From positions 988-64,987 of IMG/VR virus record IMGVR_UViG_2561511210_000002: DNA of 64,000 nt; one strand, 5' to 3'. How positions within the stretch are numbered: the first letter of the stretch is position 1; each line of letters begins with the position of its first letter. Under the pieces are notes generated by a model. That model made no database searches, had not been told where the DNA came from, and was given only the letters and a program-made list of their open reading frames with translations. Source of the stretch: a virus. This document shows, one piece after another, positions 49,699 through 60,557 of the stretch. The position numbers and the translations under genes were made by a program.

Positions 49699-51495
49699 GT
49701 GTCGGGTGATTGGTCGATTGATCTGACCGACTTCACGAGCGTGCAGGGAATTCTGGACCGGCTGCTTCGAGATACGCAGACAACGCCAGACCTCGGCGAC
49801 CCGATGGTGGCATACCGCTATCTCAACGCGCGCCGGCAGGCGATGAAGGATGCCTACAAACAGCGCCCCCTTCTTCGGATCTGGGACAAGCACCATCGCT
49901 ACATCGCCGACTTGGCTGGCGAAAAGTCAGTTGTTGTCGAGGAAGTCATGGCGGACTCCGGTACCGCCACCGTCGTCATCAAGCACTCCAACTGGCTGTC
50001 CAAATTCCTGCTCTACGACCGCCGCGCTGAAGAAGATATCCAATTCACGCTAGATCCAAACCCCACCAACCGTTCCTGGCAGAACCGTTGGGGCGGAAAG
50101 ATCGTGAACGTCAACGCCGTCCGCGACAAAGACGGCCTGCACACCGTCGAACTCGAAATGGTGCACAACCGGGAACACGCCAAACACATCCTCGGTGGCG
50201 CCAATCCTCTACTCCCGCCGGAAATCCAATTTCCGAAGATGTTCTTCCTCCCCTGGAACATGCGCACCGCCGGCTCCATCATCATGTTCCTGAACCTCGC
50301 TCGGCAGTTCTTCCCGCTACTGAGCATTCCGACGAACATCTTCAACCCGGGTGCGTGGCTAGGAGTTCGGGACGTCATCGGCGGCCTGAACCCGTTGGCG
50401 TGGCCTATCCAGGTCCAATTCGTCAACCCACTGTTCGATCAGTCTCGTACCACAATCCTGTCGTCCCGGTGGCAAGACCTGCACACCGTTTTGGCTGCGC
50501 CGATGCAGGACGCCGGCTGCATGCTGCGCGCCTACACCTGGCTGACCGAAGATGACACCTCGCCGCACCCAGAACTGGAGGCACTCGGGGATGCGCTGGC
50601 ACGCCCAACACGAAACTGCGTTGTCTTCGCATTCGAAGACAAGTCCGGGGTTACTGGACCCACGGGGACCTTGATTGACGGCCCGCTGCGGCTCATCGCG
50701 GAGACCGCAGACGATTTGATCACCAACGCCATCGTCCCGCCCGACATGTACGACGAAGACGGCGACGGCAAAACCGATCCACTGATCAGGAAATGGCTGG
50801 GGTTCGCCCCCGCTAAGCCCAAGGTTGTTTTCCGCGAAGGGGAATACACCGGGATCATCGACGCTAAGCGGTCCATGAAGGGATCGACAGCAAAGACTGT
50901 GATGACGGGCTCCCGGTCACCGGCATGGCTGAATCAACTCCAAACATTCGGCATCAAGTACGGGCTGTCCCAGCTGTCCGCGGTCGTCAGCTATGTGATC
51001 GGCGCCTACCAGCAGCCCGGAACCCCCGGTTTGGAGGAGCTATACCAAGGGCAGCTGGATAACACGCTGTTCGCATGGCAACGATTCACCGATCCGCGCC
51101 GCGTCCTGCTCATGGGCGACCTGGGGTTTCTGGAGCATTTCGAGCAAGGCCAAGGGACCGCCTACACGTCAGCGGGAATCCTGGATCTGCGCAACGGGCA
51201 TTGGAAGACAAGGGCGTTCGTCAGCTTCAAGACAAGTATCCGAAACGGCATGCCTTGGATAGCCGATGAGCATTTCACGCTCGGTGACAGGGTCGCGTTC
51301 CAGTTGGGAAGCGTCCTGCACGTCGACCAAGTGTCGGCGATCCGCCGCTCATACGACGCTGACTCGCCACTACTGGTTGAACTTTCGCTCGGCCAGGACT
51401 TGGACGAGGAAGACCCAGTAGCCAAGTCGATGCGCACCCTCGCGGGCTTCTGGAACCTCGCCGGAACCTTCTTCGGTTCCGACTCAATGTTCTGA
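49699..51495 (+). CDS. Minor tail protein (baseplate hub-like)
   Basis: RPLLRIWD...HFTLGDRV; synteny. Confidence 0.85.
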   Translation: MSGDWSIDLTDFTSVQGILDRLLRDTQTTPDLGDPMVAYRYLNARRQAMKDAYKQRPLLRIWDKHHRYIADLAGEKSVVVEEVMADSGTATVVIKHSNWLSKFLLYDRRAEEDIQFTLDPNPTNRSWQNRWGGKIVNVNAVRDKDGLHTVELEMVHNREHAKHILGGANPLLPPEIQFPKMFFLPWNMRTAGSIIMFLNLARQFFPLLSIPTNIFNPGAWLGVRDVIGGLNPLAWPIQVQFVNPLFDQSRTTILSSRWQDLHTVLAAPMQDAGCMLRAYTWLTEDDTSPHPELEALGDALARPTRNCVVFAFEDKSGVTGPTGTLIDGPLRLIAETADDLITNAIVPPDMYDEDGDGKTDPLIRKWLGFAPAKPKVVFREGEYTGIIDAKRSMKGSTAKTVMTGSRSPAWLNQLQTFGIKYGLSQLSAVVSYVIGAYQQPGTPGLEELYQGQLDNTLFAWQRFTDPRRVLLMGDLGFLEHFEQGQGTAYTSAGILDLRNGHWKTRAFVSFKTSIRNGMPWIADEHFTLGDRVAFQLGSVLHVDQVSAIRRSYDADSPLLVELSLGQDLDEEDPVAKSMRTLAGFWNLAGTFFGSDSMF

Positions 51496-51509
51496 GTAAA
51501 GGAACGAAA

Positions 51510-52028
51510 TTGGCTGCAGATAAGTACGTTCCGCGTGCCTTACAAGCCTATGCGGAGAAGCAGAAGGCCCAGGACGCGCAGAAAGCGGAGATGGAAAGCG
51601 CCTATCAGGACTTTCTGACGGACTGCCACTACCCGCAGGACAAAGACGGAAACCGCATGGACTCGGCGCATTTCGTGTGGCTTGTGGGTTACCACATGAT
51701 CCGGTGCGGGTGGCGGCGCTCGGCGCAACCCCTCATCAAACCACGGGCCGTCGAGGCACCCGGAGTAGTCGAAGGCGCCATCGAGTGGGTCCCTATCGAC
51801 GCCCCAGACGACCCCCTAGAGGGCGTCGAGAACATGACGTTCGCACAGATCAGCGCCCTACCAGAGTGGCTGAAACGCAAAGCGATACAGCGACTCAACG
51901 GCAACCAAGACGCAGATGACGACCTACCCGAAATGGCCGAACCGGCATGGCGGGTGACTCCGAACATCGCCATCAAAGATGAGCGACCCATCGGGGATGA
52001 CTTCGTGAAGGGAATCGAGAATGGCTGA
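51510..52028 (+). CDS. Minor tail region protein (DUF2744-like)
   Basis: Synteny; WVPIDAPD. Confidence 0.65.
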   Translation: MAADKYVPRALQAYAEKQKAQDAQKAEMESAYQDFLTDCHYPQDKDGNRMDSAHFVWLVGYHMIRCGWRRSAQPLIKPRAVEAPGVVEGAIEWVPIDAPDDPLEGVENMTFAQISALPEWLKRKAIQRLNGNQDADDDLPEMAEPAWRVTPNIAIKDERPIGDDFVKGIENG

Positions 52029-53106
52029 ACCGGGCGATACCCCCTACCTTGGGTCGATCCTTGCGCGCCTGCACTTCTGGGGTGTCGTCTCCGACATGGA
52101 CGTGCCTGGTGGCGTCACGGGCACATTCGAGCTTGCCGACCAAGACGGCGCAGTCACCATGGACGCCCTCGTCGGCCCTCCTGGTCCTGCTGGTGAGAAT
52201 GCCCCCATCGTCAAGATGCAGTATCAGTCCAGCATCGACGACCCCGCCGATCTTCCCCAAAACCTCACCGACGATCCGATTGATATCGGAAAAGCCTGGT
52301 GGGTAGGCAACATCGTCTACCTGTGGGACGGCGAACACTACGTCCAGAAGCAGATGGGCACACAAGGCCCCCCGGGACCGCTGCCGAACATTACGCCCAC
52401 GGTCCAACTACTGGACCCGGACAACCCGAGTTTGACATCGGAGATCATCGTTTCGGGCACCTCCGCCAACCCGACATGGCTCCTGAAGCTCAAAGCACCG
52501 CGGGGTCCGCAAGGCGATAACGCCACCATCCGAGACGCAACCGACTATGACGACTCGGTCGCGCCCGCCGCAGGACAGGTCATTGCTTGGAACGGCGTCG
52601 ACTACGCGCCAGCCGACTTCAACCCCTTGGCGACACGTTTCTACACCGTCCCCGAGTCTGCGTTCACCGACTTCACGGGTCTAGCCACACGGCAGACGAT
52701 CGGCTCATTCATCATCCCGCCGATGCCGTTCGACTACGTCCCCGTAGTGCACGGGCATTTCAAGGCCAACGGCATCGAACTCGACGCCGACCCCTTCATT
52801 ATCGGCTCCGAGGTCCGCATCGGTAACGCTACAAGCGGCCAGCTGATCGCCAAGGGCGCCGGCAACATGTCCTCCTGGTCCGCCCTGTTCCCGCATGCCT
52901 CATCCACGGGCTCCCCGAACACCGCTATCACCCCAGACAACGGGATCGGCATGATCCCGGCCTACAGCACCGGTACAACGTCAACTTTGTACGTGAACCT
53001 CGTCAACGAGGGCATGGCGGGCTTCTACTCTTTCAACAAAGCGGGCGCACAGCTCTCAATCCTCATTGTCCCCGTCTCTCCGTTGAAGCCTGAGGACGGC
53101 TCCTAG
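52021..53106 (+). CDS. Minor tail protein
   Basis: Short collagen-like GPP/GPQG motifs. Confidence 0.8.
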   Translation: MAEPGDTPYLGSILARLHFWGVVSDMDVPGGVTGTFELADQDGAVTMDALVGPPGPAGENAPIVKMQYQSSIDDPADLPQNLTDDPIDIGKAWWVGNIVYLWDGEHYVQKQMGTQGPPGPLPNITPTVQLLDPDNPSLTSEIIVSGTSANPTWLLKLKAPRGPQGDNATIRDATDYDDSVAPAAGQVIAWNGVDYAPADFNPLATRFYTVPESAFTDFTGLATRQTIGSFIIPPMPFDYVPVVHGHFKANGIELDADPFIIGSEVRIGNATSGQLIAKGAGNMSSWSALFPHASSTGSPNTAITPDNGIGMIPAYSTGTTSTLYVNLVNEGMAGFYSFNKAGAQLSILIVPVSPLKPEDGS

Positions 53107-55550
53107 TGCCACGGTCTTTCGACCGCACCCCAGCGCCGTTCAACGACCCCAACCAGGGCATTGAGTTCCATATCGGCACCGCTTTTCAGCAAGGGCTGGA
53201 CATGTGGAAGGCGATCATCGACGCCCTTGGGGAGTTCGCCGAAAACCTTGTCAAGGAACTCATTCAGAAGCTCCTAGGCTTGGACGTTGACCCGGAACAG
53301 GCGCTCGAGGATCTATGGAACCTGCTCACCGGCTGGACTGACGATATCCCGATCCTCGGCGACATCATCCAGATCGTCAAGGACTTCCTCAACGGGAATT
53401 CATTCCCAGGTGTGCTGTCAATATCCCGCATTGCCAACATCATCCAGGATCTGATCTACGGTGCGGGTGAGTTCCTGACCGCTGAGAGCGTCACCGATAA
53501 TCCGTACTTCGACTGGGATTCGGTGACGCCCGGTTTCATCTCGGGCGGCTCGATCCGGGCGACCGCCAACGGCACGCAGCAGGTGTTGCGCACAGAGCCG
53601 TTCGAGGTGTTCCCGGGTCAAACGTTGGAGTTGCGCGCCGCTTCGCAGTGGACCGGTGCGAGCGCGACCGCCGGCTCAAACCCCGTCAAGGTCGGGTTCA
53701 CACCATTCGACGCGGACGGCAACCCGCTGGCCGATGTCATTCGCGGTTCGCTGCAACCTTCTGGTGATCATGGTTGGCAATGGATTCCGGTCGCCGATAA
53801 ATGGCCCGTGCCCGCCGGTGTGAAATACGTATCGCAGCTGCTCATCCTCGATGCCGGAGCCACGGCTGGAACCTTCCGTTTCTCGAACGCTTCGGCGTGG
53901 GCGTCGAACCTGCTGGACCTCGGGCTGGTCAAGGATCTGCGTGAGATGGTCGATGCCATCGGCGGTGTTGTGAATTCCGAGGCAGCCAACATCGAGGCCC
54001 GCCTGCAGGCGATTACCGCTGACGGCAAGATCACCGCCTCGGAGATCGTCGGCTTGATCCAACAGGCGCAGGTCTCGGGCCTGGCCATCATGCAAACGGT
54101 CATCAACCAGATTCTCGACATTCTCAACGGCAACATCGTGACCCCGATCAACTCCCTGGTGCAGGGGGTCAAGGACTGGTTTGGGCTGAACCAGAACAAG
54201 ACTCAGAAGTTGACCAGCGGCGGAAATCTGACGACGGCCGACGTTACCGGCACGTTCGACATGAGCCGGGTCGATGATCTTGTCGATAACCTCGGCAACA
54301 TTCTGTCTGGGGTCAAGGACGGCGCCGACGGCGTGGGCACCGGCACCACGGGCGCTATCGGGGACCGCATCAATCAGGCCAAGGACTCGCTACTGGCGCT
54401 ACTGGGCTTGTCGCAGGATGCGCTCAAAAGCGCCATCGCCGCACAGACCACCCTGCAAGAGCAGGAGACCGAGCGGAACACCGGCGACGGCAATAGCTAC
54501 AGTTTCGTGTTCTCCGGGGCCGACGGTGCCGCACTGAATTCGACCGATTGGACCACCGGCCCCACGCCCGGCGATATCACCATTCGGGGCGACTCGGGGT
54601 ATGCGGGTGTCAAGAACGGCAACCCTGACGGGTACTACTTCGCCAGCCCCAACTACACCTATGCCACGGACGGGCAGTCCGCCTCATTCGTGCTCGGCAA
54701 CACCCAAAACGGAAACTACTACTCCGGGGTGTTCATTCGCTGCAACGCCGATCGCACCACGGGCGCCTACTGCCTGGCCAAAGAGGGCGAGATCCGTATC
54801 GGCAAGTTCACCCGCTCGGGTTCTAGCTGGTCGTTCAGCACGCCGCTGACCCTGCAAACGGGCCTGTCGGCGGTTAAGCAGGGCGCGCGTATCGAGATCC
54901 GCTGCTCGGGAAGTAACTACTTCGTGCGCGTTAACGGACGCCAGATCCTGTCAGCCACCGACGCAGGAAACACCATCAGCATCGGTGCGGCGTACCGGTA
55001 TTCGATGTTCAGCGTTCAGCGGGCCAGCCCGTTTTTCACCTACGACTCCTACCGGGTCGCGGCGTTCGCGATGTCCGACTACACCTCTGCGGGAGCGGGA
55101 TTCTCGATGTCAAATTCGTGGAGCATCAGACGCGACAGCACCGCCGACGTCACCTATGGCCCCTACTCGTCCGGCGCATTCCCTTCCGGGTTCTTCACAT
55201 TCAACGACTACACCACCGACGTCACTCTCGACGACTTGGGCACGGCCCGCATCGAGATCGCCACCACCGGCCTGTACCGGATCAGCACCACCTACCGATC
55301 GGTCACCGCCAAAGGCACGTCCGTGCCCTATTGGGTGGTGTACAAGAACGGCACCCGCATCACCGGCGCCATCCCATCGGGCTGCCCGTTTGAGATCCCT
55401 CTCGTGGCAGGAGATTTCGTGCAGCCGGGATTTATCGCCGTCGACTACGACATACGTTCCAACGGCTCGACAGGATCGGAAACTGTTGTCGCACGCAGCA
55501 TCACAGCACTATCCGGCATCGCCACATTCGATGGCCGCCGAATCGCATGA
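53106..55550 (+). CDS. Minor tail protein (probable receptor-binding)
   Basis: 814 aa, beta-rich carbohydrate-binding-like domains. Confidence 0.8.
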   Translation: MPRSFDRTPAPFNDPNQGIEFHIGTAFQQGLDMWKAIIDALGEFAENLVKELIQKLLGLDVDPEQALEDLWNLLTGWTDDIPILGDIIQIVKDFLNGNSFPGVLSISRIANIIQDLIYGAGEFLTAESVTDNPYFDWDSVTPGFISGGSIRATANGTQQVLRTEPFEVFPGQTLELRAASQWTGASATAGSNPVKVGFTPFDADGNPLADVIRGSLQPSGDHGWQWIPVADKWPVPAGVKYVSQLLILDAGATAGTFRFSNASAWASNLLDLGLVKDLREMVDAIGGVVNSEAANIEARLQAITADGKITASEIVGLIQQAQVSGLAIMQTVINQILDILNGNIVTPINSLVQGVKDWFGLNQNKTQKLTSGGNLTTADVTGTFDMSRVDDLVDNLGNILSGVKDGADGVGTGTTGAIGDRINQAKDSLLALLGLSQDALKSAIAAQTTLQEQETERNTGDGNSYSFVFSGADGAALNSTDWTTGPTPGDITIRGDSGYAGVKNGNPDGYYFASPNYTYATDGQSASFVLGNTQNGNYYSGVFIRCNADRTTGAYCLAKEGEIRIGKFTRSGSSWSFSTPLTLQTGLSAVKQGARIEIRCSGSNYFVRVNGRQILSATDAGNTISIGAAYRYSMFSVQRASPFFTYDSYRVAAFAMSDYTSAGAGFSMSNSWSIRRDSTADVTYGPYSSGAFPSGFFTFNDYTTDVTLDDLGTARIEIATTGLYRISTTYRSVTAKGTSVPYWVVYKNGTRITGAIPSGCPFEIPLVAGDFVQPGFIAVDYDIRSNGSTGSETVVARSITALSGIATFDGRRIA

Positions 55551-55747
55551 CCCAGAGAGAGGCCCAAGAGATGGCGACAACGTTCACCATGCCCGAACTG
55601 CCCGGTATCACCTTCACGGTAGAGCGCGGAGGACTCGACCCGGACGGGAAGCCCAACCCGTCCTGGATGCAAATTACCGGCACCCGCGATGCCGAGAATG
55701 ACGAAGAGGCGCAGGTGGTCTCGCGCATAGGATTCGCTGGCCCGTAA
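55547..55747 (+). CDS. Small tail-region protein
   Basis: ATGA overlap. Confidence 0.6.
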   Translation: MTQREAQEMATTFTMPELPGITFTVERGGLDPDGKPNPSWMQITGTRDAENDEEAQVVSRIGFAGP

Positions 55748-56902
55748 ATGCCCTGGTCTCCAAACCCGACCGTTCCCGCTGCGCGGTCGGGCGGTAAGTG
55801 GTCGCCCAATCCAGTCGCGCCAGCAAGCGCACCGGGAGGCCGGTGGCACGCCGTAATAGGCATCGACGCATCTCTGGCGATCATGTGCGTCGGCGAGGTC
55901 GAACTCATCGCCATGCAGGCGCTCGGGGTTGTGCAGTCGATTCACCTATCCCGAGACCTGGCGCTACAGGCGGTCTACCAACTGGCCGCGCAGCGATCGA
56001 TCCTGGTCACCCGGAACCTGCAACTACAGGCCACATTCCAACAGGATCTCGCACTGGCCGTCACCATGGAACGCGCGCTATTCCTGGCCAAGGTCATCGG
56101 ATGCGACCTCGCGCAGGCCGTGAGTATGACCGGCACCATCTCATTGGCCCGGGTCGCGCCGATCGATTTGACGTGCAACATGACGGCGCCGCGATCGATC
56201 AGCTTCGACAAGCTACTGCCCGTCAACCTGACGCGCACCGTCTCGATGTCCTCGGCCCTGGTGATCGAACGGGTCGCCAAGATCGACGCCGCACTCACGG
56301 TGACCATGGCACGCGCCTGCACCCTCGGCTATCCGCCGGGCGGTTTGCCTGTCCTGGCCAGCTACACCACCGCCGGTGCGTTCACTCACAACATCGTGCG
56401 CAACTGCGACTTCATGGACTGCGTTGGGTGCGGTGCCGGAGGCGGCGGGGGTGGCGGTGACGGCGGCCTGGGCAGCACCGGACAGGGCGGCCGTAAAGGC
56501 GCATGGAACGCGCGCACCGTCGCCCGCAACATCGACATCCCCGGCTCCGCATTGACCCTGACCGGCATGGTGGGCGCGCCCGGAGCCGCGGGAGCCAAGG
56601 AGAAAGACGGCGGCGCCGGCGGTGACACCACATTCCTGATCAACGGAATCACCACCACGTGTGCCGGTGGCGCCGGCGGTAAAGGCGCCTACGCCGGCAA
56701 CGGACTCAACCAGCCCGGCGAGGCTGCGGGCAACACCACCCTCAACGGCCAGACCTACACCGGCGGCGCGCAGGCAGGCACCAACACCAACGGCAACTCA
56801 CCCGGAGGTGGCGGCGGCCCCGGCTCAGGCGGCGTATTCGGCATCGCCAACCCCGGACGCCTCGGCGGAACGGGCATAGCACATATCCGGTCGTATCAAT
56901 AG
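55748..56902 (+). CDS. Gly-rich minor tail protein
   Basis: GAGGGGGGG...PGGGGG. Confidence 0.78.
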   Translation: MPWSPNPTVPAARSGGKWSPNPVAPASAPGGRWHAVIGIDASLAIMCVGEVELIAMQALGVVQSIHLSRDLALQAVYQLAAQRSILVTRNLQLQATFQQDLALAVTMERALFLAKVIGCDLAQAVSMTGTISLARVAPIDLTCNMTAPRSISFDKLLPVNLTRTVSMSSALVIERVAKIDAALTVTMARACTLGYPPGGLPVLASYTTAGAFTHNIVRNCDFMDCVGCGAGGGGGGGDGGLGSTGQGGRKGAWNARTVARNIDIPGSALTLTGMVGAPGAAGAKEKDGGAGGDTTFLINGITTTCAGGAGGKGAYAGNGLNQPGEAAGNTTLNGQTYTGGAQAGTNTNGNSPGGGGGPGSGGVFGIANPGRLGGTGIAHIRSYQ

Positions 56903-56917
56903 AAAGGGAAATCCACT

Positions 56918-57301
56918 ATGGCATGGGGAATTTCGGCCTACCTGGCGAACAAGATTCTCGATCACATCTGCCGCAACGTGGCCTACACACCACCGGCAAC
57001 CGTGTACGCCAAGATGCACACCGGCGATCCCGGCGCGAACGGAACAGCCAACGCATCCTCGGTGGCCACCCGCTACCCGTGTGCGTTCAACGCTGCTGCG
57101 GCCGGGTCTATCACCCAATCCAACACCCCTGAACACACCCTCGGTGCCACGGAAACGATTGCCGGGGTGTCGTTCTGGGATCACCCCACGGCCGGGAACT
57201 TCTTGTGGTCATCGCAGGCCGCCGCCACCAAGTCCGGTGCCAGCGGCGACATCATCCGCATCAACACCGACACCCTGACTCTCTCGCCGTTAGCTGCATG
57301 A
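56918..57301 (+). CDS. Tail fibre-like protein
   Basis: YLANKILDH...HTGDPG...WDHPTAGNFL. Confidence 0.72.
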   Translation: MAWGISAYLANKILDHICRNVAYTPPATVYAKMHTGDPGANGTANASSVATRYPCAFNAAAAGSITQSNTPEHTLGATETIAGVSFWDHPTAGNFLWSSQAAATKSGASGDIIRINTDTLTLSPLAA

Positions 57302-57435
57302 TGTTCTCTCAACTGCTGCGTTACCCCGCCTACTACGCCGCTATCGGGTTGGCGGGGTTCGGGTTCGGAGTGTGGTTCCGGCGCTCCCGCTGGGCGGGTC
57401 GGCCAGGGCTCGATCCCCGGATTGGAGGCATCTGA
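57298..57435 (+). CDS. Small membrane protein
   Basis: YAAIGLAGFGFGVWF read from sequence; coupled to lysA. Confidence 0.55.
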   Translation: MMFSQLLRYPAYYAAIGLAGFGFGVWFRRSRWAGRPGLDPRIGGI

Positions 57436-58880
57436 TGCCGCGGGTCGTGTATGGAAATTCGTTCTCAAGTAACGGCTGGCCCATGGTCAACGGTGACGAG
57501 TGCACCTGGGTAACCGTGCCTGGTACGTCGGTGAGTCTGCAGATTCAGAACGGGCAGCCGTTGGCGATTCTGCGCGCGTTCGCAGCGGATTTCAACGCAT
57601 ATGTTGAGCCGCTGCGTGACCCAGATTCGGCGTGCTGGACGCCTACCAACTCGGTGTCTACGTCGAATCACCTGTCAGGTACGGCGATGGATCTGAACTG
57701 GGAAAGCCATCCCTTTCAGGTCGCCAACGCTGGGTTTAGTGCCGCGCAGATCGCCACCATAAAAGAAATCCAGGCGTTCTACGAGGGGACCGTCTTCTGG
57801 GGCAATGACTGGTCAGATCCTAAAGATGCTATGCACTTTCAGCTGGCGAGCCTCGCCAATGGCGGTGAGATTAACACCTACCAGAATCCGCACACCGCAG
57901 ACTTCATCGCCCGGAAGATCCGCGCCGACGGATTCTCCACCTTCCGGCGGAGTAACAAGCCGAATGGTGGCGCCCCCATCCTCGCCGCCGCTACCGGCCT
58001 GTCCGAGGCGCGTTCAGCCGAGATCCTGCCCGCAGTGTCCGATGGGCTCAAGGCCAGCCAGTGCACGAACGTCAACCGCATCGCCATGTGGCTGGCACAG
58101 GTCGGCCACGAGTCAGCCGGCTTCAATGCCACCGAAGAGTACGCCTCCGGTGCCGCCTATGAAGGCCGAGCAGATTTGGGTAACACCCGACCCGGGGATG
58201 GGGTGCGGTTCAAGGGCCGCAGCTGGATTCAGATCACCGGCCGCAACAACTACGCAGCGTTCTCGCGGTGGTGTTCGGGTAAAGGACTCGTTCTGTCGCC
58301 AACGGAATTCGTTGATAACCCGAAACGACTGGCCGAACTGCGGTGGGCCGGTATAGGTGCGGCTTGGTACTGGACGGTCGCCCGCCCGGACATCAACGCC
58401 CTGTCGGATCGGCAGGACTTGGAGACCGTCACCCGCCGAATCAACGGCGGCACCAACGGCTTGGCCGACCGCCGCGACCGATACAACCGCGCCCTATTGC
58501 AGGGCGAGGCGCTGCTGCAACTTCTCAATCAGGAGGAAGACGACATGTTTACCGACGACGACCGCAACCTTCTGCGGCAGGTGGCCGGAGTGCGGCGTCC
58601 GTCGCTCTCGCCGCTACGTCACCTCGATGAAGGCGATGTGAACACGTGTGCCGGGTTCGCGTGGACAGGGGACGGACTAACCCACCCGCAGTTCGTGGCA
58701 ATGGCCGCCAAGTACGGCCACATGGACAGCATCCGCCTCTTGGGCGAGGTGGCTGGAGCCGACCCCGTGAAGTACCCCGACCGGCAAGAGGATGCAGCCC
58801 TAGCCAAGGCGATCCTCGCCGATGTCTACGCCGCCAACCCCGCCGCCCTCCAGCGGTTCATCGCTCAGAACGGAGCCTAG
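57435..58880 (+). CDS. Lysin A (M15 peptidase + GH19)
   Basis: SNHLSGTAMD...DAMHF; LAQVGHES...FKGRSWIQITGRNNY...RINGG. Confidence 0.93.
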   Translation: MPRVVYGNSFSSNGWPMVNGDECTWVTVPGTSVSLQIQNGQPLAILRAFAADFNAYVEPLRDPDSACWTPTNSVSTSNHLSGTAMDLNWESHPFQVANAGFSAAQIATIKEIQAFYEGTVFWGNDWSDPKDAMHFQLASLANGGEINTYQNPHTADFIARKIRADGFSTFRRSNKPNGGAPILAAATGLSEARSAEILPAVSDGLKASQCTNVNRIAMWLAQVGHESAGFNATEEYASGAAYEGRADLGNTRPGDGVRFKGRSWIQITGRNNYAAFSRWCSGKGLVLSPTEFVDNPKRLAELRWAGIGAAWYWTVARPDINALSDRQDLETVTRRINGGTNGLADRRDRYNRALLQGEALLQLLNQEEDDMFTDDDRNLLRQVAGVRRPSLSPLRHLDEGDVNTCAGFAWTGDGLTHPQFVAMAAKYGHMDSIRLLGEVAGADPVKYPDRQEDAALAKAILADVYAANPAALQRFIAQNGA

Positions 58881-58882
58881 AA

Positions 58883-59323
58883 ATGAAGTACACCCCTAAC
58901 ACGATCTTCCGCGCTGTAACGGCATTCGTGGTCGCATTCGGTGGCGCCGCCGCGACCGCCGCCCAGGGCGGCGATTTGGCCGCCATGGATATCGGTGGAT
59001 GGTTGACCGCTATCGGCTCAGGACTCACGGCCGCAGGCGCGCTGTTTGTGCGCCCCTCAAAGGGCGGCGACCCCGTGGAGGCTGTAACCACGAGCCTGTC
59101 CGACGCGCTCGTTAAAGCCGATGAGGCCCGCAACCACATCGGATCCGTAATCGACGAAGCGCAGGGCAAGGTCAGCGATTTCGTCAGGACCACCACCGCG
59201 GCCATTGGGCAGGTTCAGCAGACGATCGGCGGTGTAGGTGCGGCCGGTGTAGCCGAGACCCTCGGACTGTCCGGCGACGCTGAAGCCATCGTCAATGGGG
59301 TTATCCGGCGAGCTCAGAAGTGA
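58883..59323 (+). CDS. Holin
   Basis: Two N-terminal TM segments, between LysA and LysB. Confidence 0.7.
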   Translation: MKYTPNTIFRAVTAFVVAFGGAAATAAQGGDLAAMDIGGWLTAIGSGLTAAGALFVRPSKGGDPVEAVTTSLSDALVKADEARNHIGSVIDEAQGKVSDFVRTTTAAIGQVQQTIGGVGAAGVAETLGLSGDAEAIVNGVIRRAQK

Positions 59324-60288
59324 TCCTCACCCTCGGTTCCCATGGGGAGGTAGTTGCGAGGTGGCAGCGGGTCATGGTGGCCCGCTACACCTCCTACGCG
59401 AAAGCCGCTGACGGGGGACCACTGAAGGTTGATTCGTATTTCGGGTACGACGACCAAGCCGTCCAGAAGGAATACCAGCGCAGGACGAACCAAGCCCAGA
59501 ACGGCGTCGTCTCGGCAGCTGATCTGGTGAAGCTAGGTTTGACGCCGCTGTTCTTCACAGTCGAGGGCCATTTGTCCGACATGTTCGTTGGTCCTTGTGC
59601 TTTCGTGGCCTCCACTTTGGAGCGTGAAGGGCGGGCAGTGTGGCGGCCCACCGGCTACGACAACGTCCGGCTGCCGTTCAATAACCAGTCCGGCGTGGAC
59701 GAACTGGTGAACCGTTTGGATACCAAGCTGTTCGATGACGGCACACCCTTCCCCGAAGGAACCCCGTGGAATCTGGCAATCTTCAGCCAGGGCGCCATGG
59801 TTGGCTGCGAAGTCATGGAAAAGCACGTCCTACCCGCCAACGGCAGGTTGCACTACCGGCTCAAGGACTTCCGCAAGGGCATAGCTTTCGGAAACCCCTA
59901 CCGCCTCATCAACCAGTGCGCTCCTTGGGTTCCCGATCCACCCCAGCCGAACACTCAGGGAATCATGGACTGGCACTTCGACTTCCTCAAATACCCCGAG
60001 CTGGCGGGGAAGTGGCAAGAGCATGCCCGCACGCGCGACTGGTACGCCGAGAACCAGTTGGATGAGGCTGGCCAGAACATGACCGCTATCGCGAAGATCA
60101 TCACCCAATCCTCTTGGACAGGTGGGGCTTCCTCGATTGTCGCTCGAATCATGGACCTGTTCGTCAACCCATTCGACGGGTTGATCGACATCGTGTGGGC
60201 CATCGTGCGGACCTTCCAAGGCATCGCCCATCTGGAGAGTCACGGTACGTACGACCTAAATCCAGTCCTCGACTGGTTCCGCGCTTAA
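59320..60288 (+). CDS. Lysin B
   Basis: N-terminal PG-binding-like domain; FSQGA, FGNP, terminal HGTY. Confidence 0.9.
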   Translation: MILTLGSHGEVVARWQRVMVARYTSYAKAADGGPLKVDSYFGYDDQAVQKEYQRRTNQAQNGVVSAADLVKLGLTPLFFTVEGHLSDMFVGPCAFVASTLEREGRAVWRPTGYDNVRLPFNNQSGVDELVNRLDTKLFDDGTPFPEGTPWNLAIFSQGAMVGCEVMEKHVLPANGRLHYRLKDFRKGIAFGNPYRLINQCAPWVPDPPQPNTQGIMDWHFDFLKYPELAGKWQEHARTRDWYAENQLDEAGQNMTAIAKIITQSSWTGGASSIVARIMDLFVNPFDGLIDIVWAIVRTFQGIAHLESHGTYDLNPVLDWFRA

Positions 60289-60335
60289 CAACTGAATAGA
60301 GCCCTCGAAGCGCCCCATGAAAGGCGGTTCAAACA

Positions 60336-60557
60336 ATGTCCATCCGGGAACAACTAGCTGAGGCCGCCAAGCCGAAGCAGCGCTGCACATGCTGTGCATG
60401 GGTCGCTACGCAGAGTGCAGATGACCGTAAGGCTATTGAGGAATGGGTAGCCGAAGGGAAGTCGATTGAGGCGCTTGTCCGCGTGCTGCGGAATGAGGGT
60501 CTTCCGGTGGGGCCGATTCAGTTTCGGCGTCACGTGCGAGAGTGTGTGCGCTCTTGA
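60336..60557 (+). CDS. Small putative DNA-binding protein
   Basis: CxxC...RRH..EC; coupled to the phosphoesterase. Confidence 0.65.
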   Translation: MSIREQLAEAAKPKQRCTCCAWVATQSADDRKAIEEWVAEGKSIEALVRVLRNEGLPVGPIQFRRHVRECVRS

